Shown: positions 8,086 to 17,081 of the stretch, piece after piece
Layout: each line of letters begins with the position of its first letter
How positions within the stretch are numbered: position 1 is the stretch's first letter
Program-made: the position numbers and the translations under genes
The notes under the pieces: generated by a model
The model's database searches: none
What the model was told of the DNA's origin: nothing
The model's input: the letters and a program-made list of their open reading frames with translations, nothing else
DNA from: Candidatus Sumerlaeales bacterium
Lineage (GTDB): Bacteria > Sumerlaeota > Sumerlaeia > Sumerlaeales > Sumerlaeaceae
Length of the DNA: 28,046 nucleotides
Reading direction: 5' to 3'
Assembly: GCA_038243585.1 (NCBI GenBank)
Contig: JBBSQY010000042.1
Location: forward strand, 1 to 28,046

Positions 8086-9287
8086 TCCGGCGCGGCGTCT
8101 TCGCGCACCTTTTTATAATACTCCAGGTTTGCGACCCCCAATGCCCGGGACGGAACATAGATTTCCTGACCCGCGAAGGCAGCGATCACATCCGCGTAAA
8201 GCTTCGTCGCAAGCTCGTCGGTCAGTCGCGGGATCAACGACAGCCAGCGCCCTGCCGCCTGGGGGATGTATCCCATTTTCACCGCCGAACCGGTCCCATC
8301 CACAAAAGCTGCCCACTCGCCGTTGCCCTTGCTGACTTTCTTCAGCCAGGTATTCGCAAACTTATCCAGATCGTCTTTTGTAAATACAGCGTCGATTCCG
8401 GCGCAAGCCGTTGCAAAACCAACGTTCAGCGCTGCGTGGGATATGTCTTCGCCCGTGGCAAATTTTTCGGCCGGCGACGAAGTCTTCGGCCAGTAGGCCC
8501 AATTGTACCCGCCCGCTCCGTTGTCCCGCAGACAATTTTTGAAAAACGTCGCCAGTTTCGTCGCACGAGCACGATACGCCGGCTCGCCCGTAATCCTGTA
8601 CAAATGAACCAATACTGTCCCCATGGCGCTCGACATATTCAGCGGCACAATCCCAGTTTTCGGATCCGCATACCAACCCTCGCCCTTTGCCGCGTCGCCA
8701 ACCTTAAAATACTGATCTGCATCGGCCACCATGGCCTCAATTTCCTTCAGAAAACGAGCCGCTGCGGCACCATACTTATCCTGCAGCTTTTGGTCCGCTT
8801 TCACTTCAAAAACAAACTCTGCAGGCCCCTGGCAAATCATACCGGTGTGGACGACAAACACGTGCCATCCGGCCTTGTCATACGTGGCCGTTCCCCAGCC
8901 TTTCAGTGGTGCGCTGGTGTAAATATCCTGACGCCCTACCCGGTCGTCCCTCTTCGCAAGCACGCGATCAAACTGCTCCACAAGTTGATCAAGCCAATGC
9001 GTGTCGCCAGTCGCGCGGTACTGCTGCATATAGCCCAACATAAAGTAGCTCTGCAGCCAGGCCAGCGACCCCTTGGAATTGTCTTCATCGCTTGCACCGC
9101 GACCCTTGTTATAACCCTTGTCAAACTGCGCAAAAATTTTGGCGTAATCCGGATTGTTGCGCGGAACCGTAACCGTTGTTACCTCCGCCGGCGCAGCCGC
9201 GATGGCACTTTGAGAAAAACCGATCGACGACGCAAGTAAAAGGGCCAAAATCGCCGCCCTCATCGATGTCAAACAAATGCTTTTCAT
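8082..9287 (-). CDS. Secreted hypothetical protein, probable (alpha/alpha) barrel (six-hairpin glycosidase/epimerase-like)
   Basis: Sec signal peptide (..AAILALLLASSIGFSQSAIA-A) and repeated helix-hairpin motifs YRATGDTHWL and YRITGEPAY. ATGA overlaps with both gltX and wzt. Confidence 0.6.
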   Translation of the reverse strand: MKSICLTSMRAAILALLLASSIGFSQSAIAAAPAEVTTVTVPRNNPDYAKIFAQFDKGYNKGRGASDEDNSKGSLAWLQSYFMLGYMQQYRATGDTHWLDQLVEQFDRVLAKRDDRVGRQDIYTSAPLKGWGTATYDKAGWHVFVVHTGMICQGPAEFVFEVKADQKLQDKYGAAAARFLKEIEAMVADADQYFKVGDAAKGEGWYADPKTGIVPLNMSSAMGTVLVHLYRITGEPAYRARATKLATFFKNCLRDNGAGGYNWAYWPKTSSPAEKFATGEDISHAALNVGFATACAGIDAVFTKDDLDKFANTWLKKVSKGNGEWAAFVDGTGSAVKMGYIPQAAGRWLSLIPRLTDELATKLYADVIAAFAGQEIYVPSRALGVANLEYYKKVREDAAPE

Positions 9288-10786
9288 GATACTACCAACC
9301 TTTTCTCAGCGTAATCAGCCAGCGCGGTCAACCGCGCCACTGTATCTATTTTGCCAACATTATACAGTACATCAAATAATGGGGGAGAGGCTGTGCGTCC
9401 TGTCAGTGCCAGCCGCACCGGGTGGACCGCCTGTCCAAACTTCACACCGTTGGCCTCGCACCACGCACGCAGGTGCGCGTCCAGTACATCATGAACCTCG
9501 TCCCGCGTCGCCGCACCCGCCGGCCAGGCTTTATCTATCTCCGCTGTCACCTGCCGCACCCGGTCGATCTGTTCCTGCGTCGAAAGCAGCTTCTTCGCCG
9601 CCTTCTCTTCATACTCCGTCGGCGCCGCAAAAAAATAATCCAGGTTCACGGCGAAATCCTTCATCGTCCGCGACCGTTCGATCTCCAGATCGATAATATC
9701 CCGCAGCCACTGCGCCCGCCCCGGCGGTTCATCGCCAGGTCCGCCCGCCGCGCCATACGCCTCGTCCAGCGCCGGAACAACAACTTTGTAAATCTCTTCC
9801 TTCGGCAGTTGGCGGATGTACATTCCGTTCATCCAGTGCAGCTTGTCGTAATCAAAGACGGCCGCACTCTTGTTTACCTTTTCCAGCGTAAACGCCTCCA
9901 CCAGCCTGTCCAGAGACATCACCTCTTCCGGTTCCGAACCCTCCGGCGACCACCCCAGCAGCGCCATAAAGTTCAGCAGCGCCTCTGGCAAAACCCCTTC
10001 TTCGTGAAACTGCATCACGCTGGTCGCGCCATGCCGTTTACTCAGCCGTTTCTTATCCGTCCCCAATATCAGCGGCAGATGCGCAAACTGCGGCGTCGGG
10101 CGGCCCAGCGCCTCGTATACCAGCACCTGGCGGAGCGTATTGCTCACGTGATCCTCGCCGCGGCAAACGTGCGTAATCCCCATATCCATATCATCCACGG
10201 CGTTCGTGAAATTATATAGAGGCGACCCGTCCGCCCGGGCGATAACAAAATCGCCAATGGTCTCGTTCGGAGCCTCAATGCGTCCATACACCAGATCGTC
10301 GTAGCCGGTGTTGCCCGTCTCAGGCGCGCGGAGTCGGATGACCCCCGGCTCGCCACTCGCTTTGAAACGCTCGATTTCATCTTCCGTCAGGAGGCCCCGC
10401 CGATAGACAAACGCCCGATGCTCCGTCTTTGCCTGCTCTCGCAGCGCTTCCAGCTTTTCCTTCGGACAGTAGTCATGATACGCGTGGCCGCTCGCCATCA
10501 CAGCATCCACATAAGCCTTGTGTTCCGGCGCGCGACGGGTCTGATATACGACCTCTTCGTCAGGCGTCATCCCCAGCCATTCAAGGCTGTCCAGGATCTG
10601 CTGTACGCTTTCTGGAGTTGATCGTTCAAGATCCGTATCCTCAATGCGCACCAGGAATGTTCCTCCTGTATGGCGCGCATACAGCCAGTTAAACAGGGCC
10701 GTGCGCGCGCCCCCGACATGGAGATAGCCCGTTGGGCTTGGCGCAAATCGAACACGAACTTCGCTGCCCGCAGAAATATCAGTCAT
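9284..10786 (-). CDS. gltX: Glutamate--tRNA ligase
   Basis: RVRFAPSPTGYLHVGG (HIGH), RIEDTD, THVCRGEDH, KRLSKRHGA (KMSKS), and an anticodon-binding domain ending RLALTG..SPPLF. ATG at 10786 preferred over GTG at 10798. Confidence 0.97.
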   Translation of the reverse strand: MTDISAGSEVRVRFAPSPTGYLHVGGARTALFNWLYARHTGGTFLVRIEDTDLERSTPESVQQILDSLEWLGMTPDEEVVYQTRRAPEHKAYVDAVMASGHAYHDYCPKEKLEALREQAKTEHRAFVYRRGLLTEDEIERFKASGEPGVIRLRAPETGNTGYDDLVYGRIEAPNETIGDFVIARADGSPLYNFTNAVDDMDMGITHVCRGEDHVSNTLRQVLVYEALGRPTPQFAHLPLILGTDKKRLSKRHGATSVMQFHEEGVLPEALLNFMALLGWSPEGSEPEEVMSLDRLVEAFTLEKVNKSAAVFDYDKLHWMNGMYIRQLPKEEIYKVVVPALDEAYGAAGGPGDEPPGRAQWLRDIIDLEIERSRTMKDFAVNLDYFFAAPTEYEEKAAKKLLSTQEQIDRVRQVTAEIDKAWPAGAATRDEVHDVLDAHLRAWCEANGVKFGQAVHPVRLALTGRTASPPLFDVLYNVGKIDTVARLTALADYAEKRLVVS

Positions 10787-10891
10787 AAAAGAGAACACCC
10801 ACGTTTTAATAGATACATACTATGAACTTCGTCCATCGCCCGACAGGATCTCAAAGAAGACCTCGGTTGCCACGGTGCCCAACCGGCAAGA

Positions 10892-13240
10892 TTAAGCATT
10901 TTCCGCTGGCTGGTTTCCTTCAGGCACATTCCAGTCGCCACCGGCCAGGGCATCGCTTAGCGAGATAACCTTGTAAGGCGTTTCGCTGCCGTCCGGATGG
11001 CTGATCGTCACGTTGTCGCCCACCTTTTTGCCTACAAACTGCTTCATGAAAGGGGACTGGTAAGAGATGATGTTACGATCAGGATCCGTTTCAAACTGTC
11101 CAAGCACGGTGTATGTTTCCTGGTTATTTTTCTTAAGGTTTTCCGCCACGAACGCGACTCCGAATTGAACGGAGACGGTCGAAACTTTCGATGCATCAAA
11201 GATGCGCGCCGTCTGAAGCAGCTGTTGAAGCCCCAGGCTTTGCTGCATCAGCAGCTTCTGCTGCTCTTTTGCATAAATGTAGCCAGCATTTTCTTTAAGA
11301 TCACCTTCGCTCCGCGCTTTTTCGATCTCGCGCGAGTTCTCGGGTATCTTCACTGTCATCAACTCGTTCAGCTCGCGAAATTTCATCTCACGGGCCAGCG
11401 GCGTGCAATAATGCAATCCGCCACCCTCTTCCTGCACGTGTACCTGCGCTTTTGCGCCGCCGGCAAGGGGAGCCGCCTGATCATCCTCCAGGTCGCGCCG
11501 TGTCAGCACCACCTGTCGTTCCGCAGCAGACTTGTAGTTCTCCGGTAGCGAATTATGAGTCTGCAACGACCGGCGGAATCTCCGCGCGCCATCCAGGTCC
11601 ATCTCCTCCACAGCGGCGCACAACATCGCAAACCCTTTGCTCTCCAGTTGAGTCTTGATCTTGGAAACCAAGGCCTTGGCCGTCGCCTGTGTGCTTCGGT
11701 CGACGGATGGATGGTCAAGCATCTTGTCCCACGCCTCCAGGTTATCCAGCACGTCGGGCACCACCTGCGATAGCGGGAAATACTCTTTCAGATGCGGCCA
11801 CGACTTGTCGCCGATCTGCTTGATCACCCAGAAGTATGTCTGTGGGTTGGCAAGAGGGCGCTCCATCAGGGCCTGCACCGCGTGAATGGCGATGTCCTTA
11901 TGCTTCTCCGGATGAAGAGTGCGCCAGATTGCCTGAGCCAGCTTGTTCGGAGCTTTGGCAAATATGTGTGCCGCCAGTTCAAATCCCCGGTCGCCGTCTC
12001 GCTCCATAACAAAACGCAAGGCTTCCCCGGCGTGTTCTTCGCTGTGCATTTCGGCCAGTGGAGCGTAATCATCCTGCACATCCGCCAGCGCCTCTTCCGG
12101 GCTGGGAATAAATGGTGTGTCAGCGGCCAGACCCTCGCCCAGGCGTTCAATATCACGGGCCAGGTAAGCCATCTGGATCCGGTCCGCTACCGGTAGCTCG
12201 GTTCGTTTCTGACGGTATTCATCGTTGAGCGCGCGCAGCATTTTCCCAAGAGAATCCGTGCTCGGGCTGGCATTTGCGGCCGATTCTTCCAGCTTGCGAA
12301 TGGCGGCGATGCGCTCGGCCAATTCGCTGTCCGGGCTGAAAAAGAGATCCTGCACTTCCTGTTCGAACGACTTCGGCTTGCTTCGTAAAACTATCTCTGC
12401 GTGAGCGCCGCCTTTGTCAAAGTCGACCATCGGGTCCATTTTTAAGGCTGTGCGCGCCCGTGTCCACCAGTTCGTCCACCGGCTCTCGGCAAAAACGCCA
12501 TCCAGCAGCATGCTCTTCATGGTGCCCTGCTTGATGCGCCCCTTATAGCTGTCAAGAATGATGCGCACCAGCGCCGCTGGATCATCCTCTCCCAGCGCTG
12601 TCAGTGCATCCGGATCAGTAGCGCGGCGGGCAAGAAAATGGGACGGCGGAAGGTAGGTCAGAAAGTCTCGTACGCCGGCTAGGCTCAGCACGCGGCCCTT
12701 TTCCGCAGGAAAATCAAATGTTACTTTTCCAAGATCAAGATCAAGGTTTTTCACCACGCCAACGCCCCACGTGGCGTGTTCAAAAACGCGGCCGGGAGAC
12801 AGGCGCAGCAGGGCGCGAAACCGTTTCAATCCCTGATCGATGGGGCCGCAGGCTTCCAGCCTTGTGGCCTCAAGCATACGATCAATGTTTGGGTGATCTA
12901 CATATTTATCCTGGAGAGCCAGCAGAACGGCCTGGCGGAAGACGTCGTTGTCGGGCCAATGCGGTGCTGCAGCAGTTACCACGCGAAGGATCACCTGCCA
13001 CTTTTGCCGTTCTTCCAGGGCCCTTACCAGCTGCACCATAAGCTCAAGCATCGCAGATGGATCATAAGTAGTCGCACGAGCGCGCAGAAGCTGGCTATAG
13101 AAGTCCTGATCCGTCGGCGGATCCGCAATGACTTCCGGCCAGACTTCAAGCAGATCGGTTGCCTCGCCGTGCTTTGCCATGTTCAACACCCTGTCGCGCA
13201 GGGAATCCGTTTGTGCGTTGTCCATTACGGTATCTGACAC
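10892..13240 (-). CDS. greA: Large GreA/GreB-family transcription elongation factor with N-terminal extension of about 600 aa
   Basis: C-terminal Gre domain IEKARSEGDLKENAGY (both catalytic acidic residues present) and ISYQSPFMKQFVGKKVGD. GTG start with GGAGA RBS. The architecture resembles the long GreA proteins of Chlamydiae and spirochaetes. Confidence 0.88.
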   Translation of the reverse strand: MSDTVMDNAQTDSLRDRVLNMAKHGEATDLLEVWPEVIADPPTDQDFYSQLLRARATTYDPSAMLELMVQLVRALEERQKWQVILRVVTAAAPHWPDNDVFRQAVLLALQDKYVDHPNIDRMLEATRLEACGPIDQGLKRFRALLRLSPGRVFEHATWGVGVVKNLDLDLGKVTFDFPAEKGRVLSLAGVRDFLTYLPPSHFLARRATDPDALTALGEDDPAALVRIILDSYKGRIKQGTMKSMLLDGVFAESRWTNWWTRARTALKMDPMVDFDKGGAHAEIVLRSKPKSFEQEVQDLFFSPDSELAERIAAIRKLEESAANASPSTDSLGKMLRALNDEYRQKRTELPVADRIQMAYLARDIERLGEGLAADTPFIPSPEEALADVQDDYAPLAEMHSEEHAGEALRFVMERDGDRGFELAAHIFAKAPNKLAQAIWRTLHPEKHKDIAIHAVQALMERPLANPQTYFWVIKQIGDKSWPHLKEYFPLSQVVPDVLDNLEAWDKMLDHPSVDRSTQATAKALVSKIKTQLESKGFAMLCAAVEEMDLDGARRFRRSLQTHNSLPENYKSAAERQVVLTRRDLEDDQAAPLAGGAKAQVHVQEEGGGLHYCTPLAREMKFRELNELMTVKIPENSREIEKARSEGDLKENAGYIYAKEQQKLLMQQSLGLQQLLQTARIFDASKVSTVSVQFGVAFVAENLKKNNQETYTVLGQFETDPDRNIISYQSPFMKQFVGKKVGDNVTISHPDGSETPYKVISLSDALAGGDWNVPEGNQPAENA

Positions 13241-13499
13241 TGTTTCTCCATCCGATATATCTTATCTCCACCCATGTTAAAGCGGCTACCCATGTCACAG
13301 CATCGGCCTTGCAACCTAAAGCTATAGTAGATAAACCCGCCATGCGTTCAAAAAAATCCGTATCCGTGTAAATTGGACGGCTTATGCCCTTCAACGCGCG
13401 CCTCTCCGGAAATTGTGTTTCCTCTTTACATCAGCGGACATTCACTGCCTGGTTACAATTGCGGTTTGCCGCAAAGTTAAATTCCGGGGTATATGAAAA

Positions 13500-14615
13500 A
13501 TGGAACGTCAACGGTTAGACGACCTACTGCAGGAACAGATGGAACGAGGGTCATCTGACCTCTTTTTGAAAGCAGGCCAGCGGCCCTGTCTGCGCATCGA
13601 CGGGGAAATTTTTATAACGGATTACCCGGAGCTTTCCACGGACGACACCGAAAAAATCGCCAACGAATTAATGGAACCGGAGCAAGTGGCTGAGTTTAAG
13701 AAAAGCCCTGAAATGGATCTGGCTGTTAGCGTCCGCGGTGTCGGGCGATTCCGCGTCAACATCTTGCGTCAACGTGGTAGCGTCGCCCTCGTCTTTCGAT
13801 CTATCCAGACGCCCAACTTTGGATTTACCGATCTGAATCTTCCACCGGTGGTGCAGGAGCTTTCTGAAAAACGCCGTGGATTGGTTCTAGTGACCGGAAC
13901 TACAGGCAGCGGCAAATCAACTACCCTGGCCGCCATGATAAATCATATCAATCATGTACGCCGATGTCACATTGTGACTGTGGAAGATCCCATCGAGTTT
14001 CTTCATCAGGATGAGGCGGCCCTCATCAGTCAGCGTGAAGTCGGATTTGACACAAAAAGCTTTGGCGACGCGCTGAAACACGTGCTCCGTCAAAGCCCGG
14101 ACGTTATTCTTATTGGTGAAATGCGCGATCTTGAAACAATTTCCACCGCCATCGCCGCCGCCGAGACCGGCCATCTGGTGCTCAGCACGCTGCACACAAT
14201 TGACGCTGTCCAGACGGTAGAACGAATTATCAACTATTTTCCCGCGTTTCTCCACCCGCAGATCCGCATGGAGCTAAGCCTGGCCCTTCAGGGAGTTATC
14301 AGCCAACGGTTGTTGCCGAATGTAAACGGAAAAGGCCGAATACCAGCCATTGAAGTAATGGTTTCCACCCCGATCATTAAGAAGCTCCTCCATGAGGGTA
14401 AAACCCTGGAATTGTCACAGCACATTGCGTCGGGCGGCCACGTGGGCATGCAAACTTTCAACCAAAGCCTGCTGGCCATGTATCGCAGCAAAAAAATAAA
14501 GCTCGAAGATGCCATGATTTACGCGACCAGCCCTGATGAGTTCAGGCTGATGGCCGACGGAATAGCGTCCGGAGTCAATTCAGCCGAAGTAAGCGGAAGT
14601 GGGGCTTACAGGTAA
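13500..14615 (+). CDS. Type IV pilus retraction ATPase, PilT/PilU family
   Basis: SDLFLKAG, RFRVN, Walker A GTTGSGKST, Asp box EDPIE, LRQSPDVILIGEMRD, His box GHLVLSTLH, GMQTF. Confidence 0.93.
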   Translation: MERQRLDDLLQEQMERGSSDLFLKAGQRPCLRIDGEIFITDYPELSTDDTEKIANELMEPEQVAEFKKSPEMDLAVSVRGVGRFRVNILRQRGSVALVFRSIQTPNFGFTDLNLPPVVQELSEKRRGLVLVTGTTGSGKSTTLAAMINHINHVRRCHIVTVEDPIEFLHQDEAALISQREVGFDTKSFGDALKHVLRQSPDVILIGEMRDLETISTAIAAAETGHLVLSTLHTIDAVQTVERIINYFPAFLHPQIRMELSLALQGVISQRLLPNVNGKGRIPAIEVMVSTPIIKKLLHEGKTLELSQHIASGGHVGMQTFNQSLLAMYRSKKIKLEDAMIYATSPDEFRLMADGIASGVNSAEVSGSGAYR

Positions 14616-14663
14616 AGAGTTTGCCACAGCGGCTCGAAGGCGCAGAGTGAAGCAGGCTTCAGG

Positions 14664-14700
14664 AAAAGAAAAAAGGACGGGAGAAAATCTCCCGTCCTTT
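14664..14700 (-). terminator. Rho-independent terminator of ftsZ, possibly bidirectional with the pilT-like gene
   Basis: Inverted repeat AAAGGACGGGAGA-aaa-TCTCCCGTCCTTT (14672-14700). On the minus strand the GC stem is followed by TTTTTTCTTTT. It lies between convergent genes. Confidence 0.88.
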
Positions 14701-14746
14701 CTAATAACTATGATGTTTCGGCACAAATTGGTTCTTGGTCGAACGA

Positions 14747-16210
14747 CTACTCGAACAGGTTTCTGCGGCGTTTCAGAAAGGCCGGAGTATCCAATTCATC
14801 GTCAAGCGGTTCAGGCTGACCAGAAGGTTTTGCGCTTCCGTTTGCGGTCGCGTCGTTTTTCTGATCACCGCCCGGAGACGCCGACTTCATGTCAGCCCCT
14901 TCAAAACCGCTGCCCCGCAGAGGATTGTCAGAGCGTCCGAAATCAAAAACCTCGCCCGTACGCTGTTCCTGGTTCTCTTGAGGTTTTCCCCCGAAAAGAG
15001 CAGACGCTGTCGGTGTAGGCGGATTTTCCGCTGTGGCTACGCCGCCAACAGGCTTAGTGTAAGTGTTTTGCCCCTGTGAAGGAGTGCTGCTTACGCCTGA
15101 CGGCTTATTCGGACCCGGCATAGATCCAGCCCGGTTGCCACTAGGAAGTATCGTCTCTAGACGATCTTTCAGGCTGGAACCGGCGGATGGTCCGCCGCGC
15201 AGATCATCGGAACTCTTCTGTTCAATCTTGCCCTCGCCACGAAGAAGCTTGTCTTCGAAACCGGTTGCAATAATCGTAACACGAACTTCATCCTTCAGAC
15301 GTTCATCCACAACTGCGCCAAAGATGATGTTAGCATCCGGGCTGGCCGCTTCATAGACCATCGTTGTGGCTTCGTTGACTTCATACAGTGTCATGTCGGA
15401 GCCGCCAGTTACGCAAATAAGTACCCCGCGAGCGCCGTCTATAACAATCTTGTCAAGCAGCGGGCTGCTGCAGGCTTTCTTAACTGCCTCAGTGGCACGG
15501 TTTTCACCTTTGCCAACCCCGACGCCCATTACGGCTCCGCCGGTCTCGTTCATGATGGTGCGAACGTCAGCGAAATCTACATTGATAAGGCCGGGTACGC
15601 CGATAAGGTCGCTGATGGAAGAGACTCCCATTGCCAGCACGTTATTGGCAACCGTAAACGCCTCAGCCAGCGTGGCCTTCGGTCCTACGACTTCGAGAAG
15701 CCGATCGTTGGAGACGATAATACAGGTGTCCACGAACTCGCGCAGACGCTCAAGGCCTTCATTGGCTTTGCGCATCCGTTGCGGGCCTTCAAATCGGAAA
15801 GGTCGGGTAACTACCGCAACCGTCAGAATCCCTAGACTTTTGGCAATTTCAGCCACCACAGGAGCTGCGCCTGTGCCGGTACCACCGCCCAGGCCTGCCG
15901 TGATAAATACCATGTCGGCGTTTGAAAGCGCGTTGGTAATTTCTTCTTTATGGTCAATGGCTGCCTTGGCGCCAACATTTGGATCGGCACCTGCACCGCG
16001 TCCGCTGGTAACATCATTACCAATCTGAATCTTGGACGCCACGGAACTGCGTGCCAATGCCTGGGCATCGGTGTTTACGACGTAAAATTCCACGCCTCGC
16101 AGGCCATTCGCAACCATACTTTCAACGGCATTTGTTCCGCCGCCGCCTACGCCAATTACTTTGATACGGGCGCAAGGCTCTACATCACTCTCAAACTGAA
16201 TATCCTGCAT
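14747..16210 (-). CDS. ftsZ: Cell division protein FtsZ
   Basis: IKVIGVGGGGTNA, NTDAQAL, tubulin signature GGGTGTG, INVDFADV, a low-complexity linker of about 150 aa and C-terminal core DDELDTPAFL. Start is ATG 16210 or TTG 16213. Confidence 0.98.
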   Translation of the reverse strand: MQDIQFESDVEPCARIKVIGVGGGGTNAVESMVANGLRGVEFYVVNTDAQALARSSVASKIQIGNDVTSGRGAGADPNVGAKAAIDHKEEITNALSNADMVFITAGLGGGTGTGAAPVVAEIAKSLGILTVAVVTRPFRFEGPQRMRKANEGLERLREFVDTCIIVSNDRLLEVVGPKATLAEAFTVANNVLAMGVSSISDLIGVPGLINVDFADVRTIMNETGGAVMGVGVGKGENRATEAVKKACSSPLLDKIVIDGARGVLICVTGGSDMTLYEVNEATTMVYEAASPDANIIFGAVVDERLKDEVRVTIIATGFEDKLLRGEGKIEQKSSDDLRGGPSAGSSLKDRLETILPSGNRAGSMPGPNKPSGVSSTPSQGQNTYTKPVGGVATAENPPTPTASALFGGKPQENQEQRTGEVFDFGRSDNPLRGSGFEGADMKSASPGGDQKNDATANGSAKPSGQPEPLDDELDTPAFLKRRRNLFE

Positions 16211-17081
16211 CAAAGGGTCTTTACCTTTCGATTTTCACAACGCCTGCCGATTAGAATCTACGCAGCTAATGTGGCACATTTCCCACACATTCCTTGTAAG
16301 TGCCACAGCCCCGGCGGAATCAAGCATAAAGGCGGTGAGGCCATTTTATTTTTGAAACTGCCCGCAGCGACAGGCGTAAGTTATGTCGCGGCGGGGTTTG
16401 ACACGGATCGCCTGTAAAAAGTTTCGAAAACTTCGGAGAAATCCGGTCAGCCGTCAGCAACGCCCATATGGGATTATACGTATATTTGCGCGGCATGGAA
16501 CTGGGGAGGAGCTCGTCGTGCATTGCGATGTTGTTTTTATTTCTTTTGTGTCCGAAGTGTTTGATTTCCATATTTCATAAGACTCAAAATCCAAAAGGTG
16601 TTATAAAACCTGGGACCTACAATTGAAGAGAATGGTTTCGACTGCTAATCTTTAAGAGCGCTGAGCCCCGCTTTTGAAATACGAACATCCTCGTTGCCAT
16701 GCGCTCCGCCCACACCAATTCCGCCTACAACATTGCTGGTAAAGTTTCCTTAACTCGTTGATGTAAATCTTGTTTTTGGTCGGAAAGAACGACTGCTTAC
16801 TATTCCGGGAACCCGCGGATGCGATAGCCAGATGCGGCTTACCCTCCGAACTCCCACTTTGAAATATCTCTGCAGTTTTTTAAATCCGTGCTTGCAAGGC
16901 CACAAATGGTTAAACACTGTGCCGTCTGCGTTACAAAATCTAAATCAGTTGTTTTTTTGCTTTTCCAACCAGGCATAAGCCAACAGACAGACAGATTCGT
17001 CTCGCGAGACAACCAATTGTTTTTGATTTACCAGAGCCGTAGTTTTGGCATATACAGCAACTATGCGAAGGATTTGAATTC

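Noticed and set aside
10864..10885. Hairpin CGGTTG-N10-CAACCG after greA as a terminator
   Set aside because: Only a 6-bp stem, a large loop and a poor, displaced U-tract; too weak to call.
13459..13474. TTGCGG-TTTG-CCGCAA inverted repeat upstream of the pilT-like gene
   Set aside because: Short, single occurrence and no match to an operator I can name; could be chance.
16625..16650. GGTTTCGAC, resembling the tmRNA 5' motif
   Set aside because: It lacks the GGGG acceptor-stem start, and no matching T-arm/CCA 3' end or tag reading frame was found nearby.
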